A DNA stretch of 32,000 bases from Candidatus Nanoarchaeia archaeon (GTDB lineage Archaea > Nanobdellota > Nanobdellia > Woesearchaeales > JANQNC01). Under the pieces are notes generated by a model, which was not told the origin of the DNA, did no database searches, and saw only the letters and a program-made list of their open reading frames with translations. Each line of letters opens with the position of its first letter. Within the stretch, counting starts at the first letter, position 1. Location of the stretch: assembly GCA_028279745.1 (NCBI GenBank), contig JANQNC010000001.1, positions 450,001 to 482,000 of the forward strand, given 5' to 3'. Shown here one piece after another: positions 26,372 through 32,000 of the stretch. Both the position numbers and the translations under genes were made by a program.

Positions 26372-27447
26372 TTTTCCCCCAAAACAGTTTTATAAATTTT
26401 CTCATGTTTTTCTAAGGCAGTCTTTTCATCATAAACTGATCTAACGTACCCATAAGCTTTTCTACCTTTTCTTCTCCATTTATTTGACTTTAATAAGTTT
26501 TTCAGTCCATTCTTAAAAGTTCCACTCTTACAATGGAAACCAAACTTAGATGAAAAACTATCAGGGTTTACTTGGCTCAGGATTGCGCAGCCATTACTTG
26601 CGGCTTCAATAAAAGTCAAAGGAAGACCTTCTCTTGCAGCAGTATTAATAAGAATCCAAGAAGATGCGTATACACTTCTTAATTTTTTATGATCCACATG
26701 TCCTAAAAGCTTCACATTCTTAAGCAAGGATGCTTTTTGCTCCAACATAACTTCTCTGCTTTTATCTTCTGCCTTACCCGCAATCACAAACTCGACGTCT
26801 GGAAACTTTTCTGCCAGATCTAGGACAATCTCTGGGCGCTTTCTCTTGTCAAGTCTGCCAACAAAACATACTTTGGGTTTTTTTGATTTTTTAGGAATCC
26901 TTCTAGGCATAGGTTGTAAGTTTGGAAGAAGTACTGTATCCTTTATACCATAAAGGTTGTTCACTTTTTTTATCAAGAACTTTGCAGGACAACCCACAAC
27001 ATCCGCATTGCGTACTGCATATGAAACAAAAAAACTACCCTCATAAGGATATACTAAGAAAGTCTTCAATCTTCTTTTCCAAGTTGCATATATGGTCTCA
27101 ATAAGCCAGTCATAAGTAGAACGAGGGTCCCTGCACGTTATCACATGCTTTTTATCTGGCTGCGCCAACATAGCGATGAAAGTGCTGAAATTTGGATTTT
27201 CGCTGTGATAAACATCTGCGTCTATCTCCCTAAATACTTTTTTGCTGAAAAGTTCTAGTTTAGTAAGACCATAGATTTTAAGTCCCTTCTTTTTTTCAAG
27301 TCCTTTCTGCCCTGTTCTTCTTGGTACGACAACCGAAACATCATGCCCTTTACGCGATAACGCTTCGGCAATTTTACGAGTCATCACTCCAAAGCCCCCC
27401 TCTTTACCAAAACCTGCTATCTGACTAGATATTATGCAAATCTTCAT
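26368..27447 (-). CDS. GT4-family (GT-B fold) glycosyltransferase
   Basis: MKICIISSQIAGFGKEGGFG N-terminal domain. VGRLDKRKRPE and the E-x7-E motif EGLPLTFIEAASNGCAILS. Confidence 0.85.
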   Translation of the reverse strand: MKICIISSQIAGFGKEGGFGVMTRKIAEALSRKGHDVSVVVPRRTGQKGLEKKKGLKIYGLTKLELFSKKVFREIDADVYHSENPNFSTFIAMLAQPDKKHVITCRDPRSTYDWLIETIYATWKRRLKTFLVYPYEGSFFVSYAVRNADVVGCPAKFLIKKVNNLYGIKDTVLLPNLQPMPRRIPKKSKKPKVCFVGRLDKRKRPEIVLDLAEKFPDVEFVIAGKAEDKSREVMLEQKASLLKNVKLLGHVDHKKLRSVYASSWILINTAAREGLPLTFIEAASNGCAILSQVNPDSFSSKFGFHCKSGTFKNGLKNLLKSNKWRRKGRKAYGYVRSVYDEKTALEKHEKIYKTVLGEK

Positions 27448-28547
27448 CTTGTTAGACCTATCTTTTTGTATGCTTTAAAATATTCTTTGATTATCAGTTT
27501 CCAGTCGAACTGTTTCGCTCGCTTATAACTTTTTCTGCCATATGATTTGATTAGTGCGGGGGATTTCATTAGCCGCGTCAAGGCAGTTTTTAACGCATCT
27601 GGGCTTTCAGGTTTTACTTTAATGCCTGCGTCGCCAACTACTTCTGGGCAGCCTGTTGAATTTGTAGTTATTATTGCACAACCTGCGTTCATAGCCTCAA
27701 GTAAAACAACCGGGAAATCTTCTCTTATTGAAGGGAACACAAATATTGAGGATTCCTCATACAACTGTTTAAGTTTCTGATTGGAAACATAACCAAGAAT
27801 GTTAACCTCCAACCCAAATTTTTCTTTCAGCTCTAACACTTTTTTCTTAAAGGGCCCTTCACCAACAACGTTAACTTCCCACTCTTTTAGATTAAGACCT
27901 TTTAACGATTCAATAAAATACTGCACCCCTTTACGCTCGAACATACGGGTAACAACCAGTATTTTCTTATTTTTCTTGTTAAGATTAAACGTACCCGGAT
28001 TAAAGCCATTGTTGATCACTTTCACTCTCTTGAATGAATTTTTGCCAATAAGCTTAGCAAGAAATTTTGAAGGAGATGTTACCATCAATGACCTATTTAC
28101 AATCTTTTTCCAGAATGGCAACAATACAAATTCTAGAAATTTGAACCTGTCAGGATTGTATCCCGGGACATCGCTGCCGTGACAAGTTATAACATAAGGC
28201 AACTTGTTTCTTAAAAAGTAAGAAACAATCGCGGTAGGGATTATAAAATGAGTGTGGTTAATATCGTAGTTATTATTCTTGATAAGTTTTTTAGTAAAGA
28301 AATATGCAGATATGACATAACTTAACATCTCATGAGGATGACAAATCTCTTTCTTGCTCCTAAGACAGTTTACTCTGTGGATGTTAATGCCTTCTTTTTT
28401 TTCAAAAGAGGGTAAACCCTTAAACCCTGCAGTAACCACATCAACAGAATGTCCTTCTTTCACCAACTGCTTAGCCATGCTATAACTTATTGGTGCAGCA
28501 CCACCCCCTAAAGGAGGAAATTCATAGTTTAGCATCAAGATGTTCAT
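27444..28547 (-). CDS. GT4-family (GT-B fold) glycosyltransferase
   Basis: MNILMLNYEFPPLGGGAAPISYSMAKQLVKEGH. VTRMFERKGVQY. E-x7-E motif EDFPVVLLEAMNAGCAIITTN. Confidence 0.88.
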   Translation of the reverse strand: MNILMLNYEFPPLGGGAAPISYSMAKQLVKEGHSVDVVTAGFKGLPSFEKKEGINIHRVNCLRSKKEICHPHEMLSYVISAYFFTKKLIKNNNYDINHTHFIIPTAIVSYFLRNKLPYVITCHGSDVPGYNPDRFKFLEFVLLPFWKKIVNRSLMVTSPSKFLAKLIGKNSFKRVKVINNGFNPGTFNLNKKNKKILVVTRMFERKGVQYFIESLKGLNLKEWEVNVVGEGPFKKKVLELKEKFGLEVNILGYVSNQKLKQLYEESSIFVFPSIREDFPVVLLEAMNAGCAIITTNSTGCPEVVGDAGIKVKPESPDALKTALTRLMKSPALIKSYGRKSYKRAKQFDWKLIIKEYFKAYKKIGLTR

Positions 28548-28569
28548 ATAAGAATATTGGAAAAATCTA

Positions 28570-28577
28570 TTTATAAA
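28570..28577 (-). promoter_or_regulatory. TATA box for the GT4-GT4-pyruvyltransferase-CapA-pyruvyltransferase transcription unit
   Basis: TTTATAAA on the minus strand, 22 nt upstream of ATG 28547. Confidence 0.55.
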
Positions 28578-28579
28578 CT

Positions 28580-29515
28580 TTACTTAATAATCTCTTTAAC
28601 AGAATACGTTTTCTTCTCTTTGTTAGAGTAATACAGCTTGATCACTATATCTGCCAAAATACCAAACACCAAAAACTGGATTCCCACTAAAAACAACAAA
28701 GCAGCTATAAGCGGAAGACTGCTGTTTGAAAGAGATATCATGTGCGCCATTCTTAATATAGCTAACACCAACGCTATTATTAAACCAGCTGCAGAGAACA
28801 GAATGCCAAAACCTCCAAAAACATGCAACGGTCTTGCAGCATAATGCATCCAAAATTCAAGATCTACCAAATCAAGGAATCCCTTAAACAATCTAGACAC
28901 GCCATACTTACTTTTGCCGTGAACCCTTGGATGATGTTTTACTTTCACTTCACCAATCTTATACCCTTTTTCAGCAATCATTGCAGGAATATAACGATGC
29001 ATCTCACCATAAAGCTCGAGACCTTCAAGACACTCTTTTTTGTATGCTTTTAAGCTGCAACCAGAATCATGTATCTCAACGCCTGTAGCTTTCCTATGCA
29101 AGAAGTTAGAAATCTTAGAGGGTATCTTTTTCGATAACGGGTCTTTTCTTTCATGCCTCCACCCAGAAACAACATCATAACCTTCTTTTATCTTACCAAT
29201 CAGCTTAGGAATATCTGAAGGATCGTTCTGCATATCACCATCCATACTGATAATGATCTTGCCTGACGCATTATCAAAACCTGCTTTCATCGCAGCAGAC
29301 TGACCAAAGTTCTTCCTAAGATCTAAAATTGTAAGATATTCTCCTTTCTTTCTAAAATCTTTTAGAACTTCAAGCGTCTTATCACTAGATCCATCATTGA
29401 TAAAAATCAACTCATAAGGTCTTTTCAAAGAATCCATAACCTGCCTAAGCTTAGGATAAAGCTCCTTTACAGAACCTTCTTCATTATAGACAGGAACAAT
29501 TACTGAATAATCCAT
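28580..29515 (-). CDS. GT2 polyprenyl-phosphate glycosyltransferase (GtrB/ArnC/DPM1/AglJ-like) with two C-terminal TM helices
   Basis: YSVIVPVYNEEGSV, LIFINDGSSDKT, DxD in MDGDMQNDPSDIP, and two terminal helices. ATG 29515 lies 4 nt after GAGGTG (29520..29525). The ORF-track M1 is GTG 29518. Confidence 0.88.
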   Translation of the reverse strand: MDYSVIVPVYNEEGSVKELYPKLRQVMDSLKRPYELIFINDGSSDKTLEVLKDFRKKGEYLTILDLRKNFGQSAAMKAGFDNASGKIIISMDGDMQNDPSDIPKLIGKIKEGYDVVSGWRHERKDPLSKKIPSKISNFLHRKATGVEIHDSGCSLKAYKKECLEGLELYGEMHRYIPAMIAEKGYKIGEVKVKHHPRVHGKSKYGVSRLFKGFLDLVDLEFWMHYAARPLHVFGGFGILFSAAGLIIALVLAILRMAHMISLSNSSLPLIAALLFLVGIQFLVFGILADIVIKLYYSNKEKKTYSVKEIIK

Positions 29516-29551
29516 CACACACCTCTTTTTAACTAAAAATAGATATACACG

Positions 29552-29560
29552 TTTATAAAA
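29552..29560 (-). promoter_or_regulatory. TATA box for the GtrB/DPM1-like GT2 gene (leadered, with SD)
   Basis: TTTTATAAA on the minus strand, 36 nt upstream of ATG 29515. GAGGTG at 29520..29525 lies in between. Confidence 0.45.
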
Positions 29561-29594
29561 TTATTGATTCAACGAGATTAAACCAAGTCAGACT

Positions 29595-29602
29595 AAAAAA
29601 AA
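29595..29602 (-). terminator. Oligo-T tract directly after the Wzx-like gene
   Basis: T8 on the minus strand, 1 nt after the TAA stop at 29604..29606 and upstream of the next TATA box. Confidence 0.35.
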
Positions 29603-29603
29603 G

Positions 29604-30893
29604 TTATTCCTTAAATATTCTAATAAAACTGTAAGTTCCTACAATTAAAGTGTAAACAATAGATTCACCCAATAACACATAGGCCAGACCAAATATTCCA
29701 AAAATCGGCGTTACATAGATATAGATAGGAAGTGACAGAGAAAAAGTAAGTATTCTCAACAAAACCAGAGGTTTAGGGTCTCCAAGAGACTGGACTACAC
29801 ACATCTTCAAAGGAGTTATTACAAAATCAAGCAGGTATGCTGGGAGGATAATCAAGAAAACACCAATTGCACTTACATACTTCTCACCCAACACTAAAGG
29901 TATTACCTTATAAGAAAATAGTAGGAATCCCAGATAGATAAAAATAGACAATCCTGAAAGTATAGTGAATGCTTTCTTAACAAAACTGACCCTTTCTTTC
30001 TTATTTATCAATTTAGCAGCTTTAGGAAGCAAAACTGTTTGGAACCCTAACAAAAAGAGAAAAACCCCCACAACTAACTGGTTAGCAACAGAGAAAATAC
30101 CTACCTCTGCAAGTGATAAGAAGTAAGCCACAAAAAAAACAGGAACTCTTTTTGCCAGATTATAAAATGTAGACGCTAAAAACATCCATCTCCCAAAAGA
30201 GAACATCTCTTTAAACATGCTTTTTTGATTACCTTTCGCATGAACAAACGATTTAGGGATCAAGAATAAAGAAAGCAGGAAAACAAAAAGAGTGTTTATA
30301 CCATAGATCATAAAAATAACATTGACATTCATAAGTTTAAATAAAGAAAAAACAATAAGCAAAAATAGTGGGATCCCTTTCAATAACAAGGATTGAACAA
30401 CATATGACTTAAACTTCTCATTTGCTCTAAGATATCCAAGGTAAAAGTAGGAGAATGAAAGGAACAAAACAGTGATAAAAGAAAAGATTAATGGTGTGTA
30501 AAGCTCAGGCTTACCAAAAACCTCAAGCGCTATTGTCTTTGAAAAAAATATTCCTAACGCAGATATAACAAATATCTGGACAAAATTCCATTTAGCCAGT
30601 ACTTTTATGACTAACCCTAACTTACTTTTGTTCTTTCTAGAGTACTGCCCGATAAATCTGACCATTATGGGGCTAAATGCATTCTGAAACAATACTGCCG
30701 CTAAGTTTATTACAGCAATAAAAAAAGAATATATACCAAACTCTGCAGGAGGCAAGATTCTTGTTAAAAAATATATAGCGCCAATACCTAACAAAGCGAT
30801 TATGACTGAATTAATAGTGATAATAAAAGAATTCTTAACTGTTCTAGTGTGGATTAAGTGGTCTACTTCATGAATCAAAGAGTCTAAAAACAT
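29604..30893 (-). CDS. Wzx/RfbX-like polysaccharide flippase (MOP superfamily, Polysacc_synt-like)
   Basis: 429 aa with about 12 or more TM helices. N-terminal VKNSFIITINSVIIALLGIGAIYFLTRILPPAEFGIYSF matches the Polysacc_synt start. Embedded between glycosyltransferase genes. Confidence 0.68.
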   Translation of the reverse strand: MFLDSLIHEVDHLIHTRTVKNSFIITINSVIIALLGIGAIYFLTRILPPAEFGIYSFFIAVINLAAVLFQNAFSPIMVRFIGQYSRKNKSKLGLVIKVLAKWNFVQIFVISALGIFFSKTIALEVFGKPELYTPLIFSFITVLFLSFSYFYLGYLRANEKFKSYVVQSLLLKGIPLFLLIVFSLFKLMNVNVIFMIYGINTLFVFLLSLFLIPKSFVHAKGNQKSMFKEMFSFGRWMFLASTFYNLAKRVPVFFVAYFLSLAEVGIFSVANQLVVGVFLFLLGFQTVLLPKAAKLINKKERVSFVKKAFTILSGLSIFIYLGFLLFSYKVIPLVLGEKYVSAIGVFLIILPAYLLDFVITPLKMCVVQSLGDPKPLVLLRILTFSLSLPIYIYVTPIFGIFGLAYVLLGESIVYTLIVGTYSFIRIFKE

Positions 30894-30914
30894 AGTTTAG
30901 AACAGGGATTGTTT

Positions 30915-30923
30915 ATTTATAAA
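30915..30923 (-). promoter_or_regulatory. TATA box for the Wzx-like gene
   Basis: TTTATAAAT on the minus strand, 21 nt upstream of ATG 30893. It abuts the stop codon of the upstream GT4 gene. Confidence 0.55.
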
Positions 30924-30924
30924 C

Positions 30925-32000
30925 TTAACTGAAAAAGTATTTAGAAGTTTTAAAAAAATCCAAGTATGCTTTTTCAACAATTGAAGCGTTTTTCTTGACA
31001 TCACATTTATCTTTTATGAACGTTTCATTACTTATTGAAATTTTCTTCCTTTCTGATTTTTTTAGATTCAATATTTTTATTATACTGTTTGATATTAGTT
31101 TGTGGTTTGTTTTCTGTTTTGTGGTTCTTCCAGTAAAAAAGTTATCGAAAGCAGATTTTATGTTCTTTGGTGACACCACACCTCCAAAAGAGCCCCCTTT
31201 AGGGCCTTCTTTCTGACCAGCAAGAATAACAATAGAACCAGAAGCAAGAGCCTCCATCGCAACCCTATCAATACCAATAACAACATCTGCAGAACGATAG
31301 TAATCTTGAGGGTTGTTCTTGAATCCTAACAAATTAACCGCTTTTTTCCCAATATTACGGTTTACTTCTTCAGCTAATGCCTTGACTTCTGCTTCTTTAT
31401 GGCCCGAGCCAAGAATCATAAGCCTGACATTCTTATTTTTTGAGTAAATCTTAGGTATTGCTTTAATTGATTCAATAGCTGAAAGGTACTTGTCTTTAGC
31501 CAGCCTTCCAGAATGGAGAATAATAAACTCATTTTTCTTTCTTGGTAATTTTTTCCCTTTGCTATTAAACTTTGTGAGATCCACAAAAGGAGAGTAATTA
31601 ACTAATTTACTCTTCTTAACACCTTTTTTCAGTACAAAATCAGAATATTCCCTTGCGTGAGAAAAAACGTTCACAACTTCACTTTTAATTTTATTTGAAT
31701 TCAATGGTGGGAAAAGTTCTGAATAGTTGATTATGCCGTGGAGATTAACAAAAAGAGGCTTGTTTGTCAGTTTTGAAGCTATGTAACCCACTAAAGTTGG
31801 GTTGTTAAGATGAGTGTTTATTACGTCAATCTTGTTATCTTCCACTATCTTCTTGATCTTGTGTGTCGAGAAGAGTATCCCTGGTATGCCTGGCAATATG
31901 CTGTCTTTCCCTTTTTTTAGTAGACCCTTCAGAAAGTTCCAATTGAACTGCAAAAACGAATAGAAACTGTGATTTTTATCTGGCTGCAGTAAAAGATAAA
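30925..32000 (-). CDS. GT4-like (GT-B fold) glycosyltransferase. The N-terminus lies beyond the right window edge.
   Basis: HSGRLAKDKYL ... MILGSGHKEAEV ... GFKNNPQDYYRSADVVIGIDRVAMEALASGSIVI. The ORF-track M at 31953 is a TTG. The frame stays open upstream to position 32000 (YLLLQPDKNHSFYSF-LQFNW by hand translation), so the gene is truncated by the window. Confidence 0.65.
   Translation of the reverse strand, partial: YLLLQPDKNHSFYSFLQFNWNFLKGLLKKGKDSILPGIPGILFSTHKIKKIVEDNKIDVINTHLNNPTLVGYIASKLTNKPLFVNLHGIINYSELFPPLNSNKIKSEVVNVFSHAREYSDFVLKKGVKKSKLVNYSPFVDLTKFNSKGKKLPRKKNEFIILHSGRLAKDKYLSAIESIKAIPKIYSKNKNVRLMILGSGHKEAEVKALAEEVNRNIGKKAVNLLGFKNNPQDYYRSADVVIGIDRVAMEALASGSIVILAGQKEGPKGGSFGGVVSPKNIKSAFDNFFTGRTTKQKTNHKLISNSIIKILNLKKSERKKISISNETFIKDKCDVKKNASIVEKAYLDFFKTSKYFFS

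Overview
AT-rich, very gene-dense archaeal chromosomal segment with about 32 CDS. Intergenic gaps are mostly under 100 bp, and several start/stop and convergent 3'-end overlaps occur. Archaeal origin is supported by Rpo11/RpoL, ribosomal protein eL40, aIF5A with the hypusine loop, Trm-G10 and aTrmJ. It is also supported by TTTATAAA-type TATA boxes at a nearly fixed 20-25 nt upstream of many start codons. The composition and compaction suggest a small-genome (DPANN-like) archaeon, but that is inference only. The left third (1-9.9 kb) is housekeeping: pyrG, rpoL, two RNA methyltransferases, rpe, rpiB, an M50 site-2 protease, eL40 and aIF5A. A tandem pair of AT3 acyltransferases and a PadR-like/Yip1-like pair are interspersed there. 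From about 10 kb to the right edge the window is essentially one envelope-glycan region. It contains gmd plus an Rmd-like reductase, uppP, two GT-C (ArnT/PMT-like) transferases and a 4-TM GT2. It also contains three more AT3 acyltransferases and a secreted S8 subtilase with duplicated CARDB domains. A minus-strand gene run follows: GT4 (partial), Wzx-like flippase, GtrB/ArnC/DPM1-like GT2, GT4, GT4, pyruvyltransferase, CapA-like protein, pyruvyltransferase. I saw no rRNA, tRNA, CRISPR array or convincing mobile element. All family assignments rest on motif recognition by eye from the translated ORFs, and no searches were run. The most unusual content is (i) the coupled pyruvyltransferase/CapA/pyruvyltransferase module without CapB/CapC, (ii) five stand-alone AT3 paralogues, one carrying a G7 tract, and (iii) the GT-C/GT-C/GT2/AT3 module next to the secreted protease.
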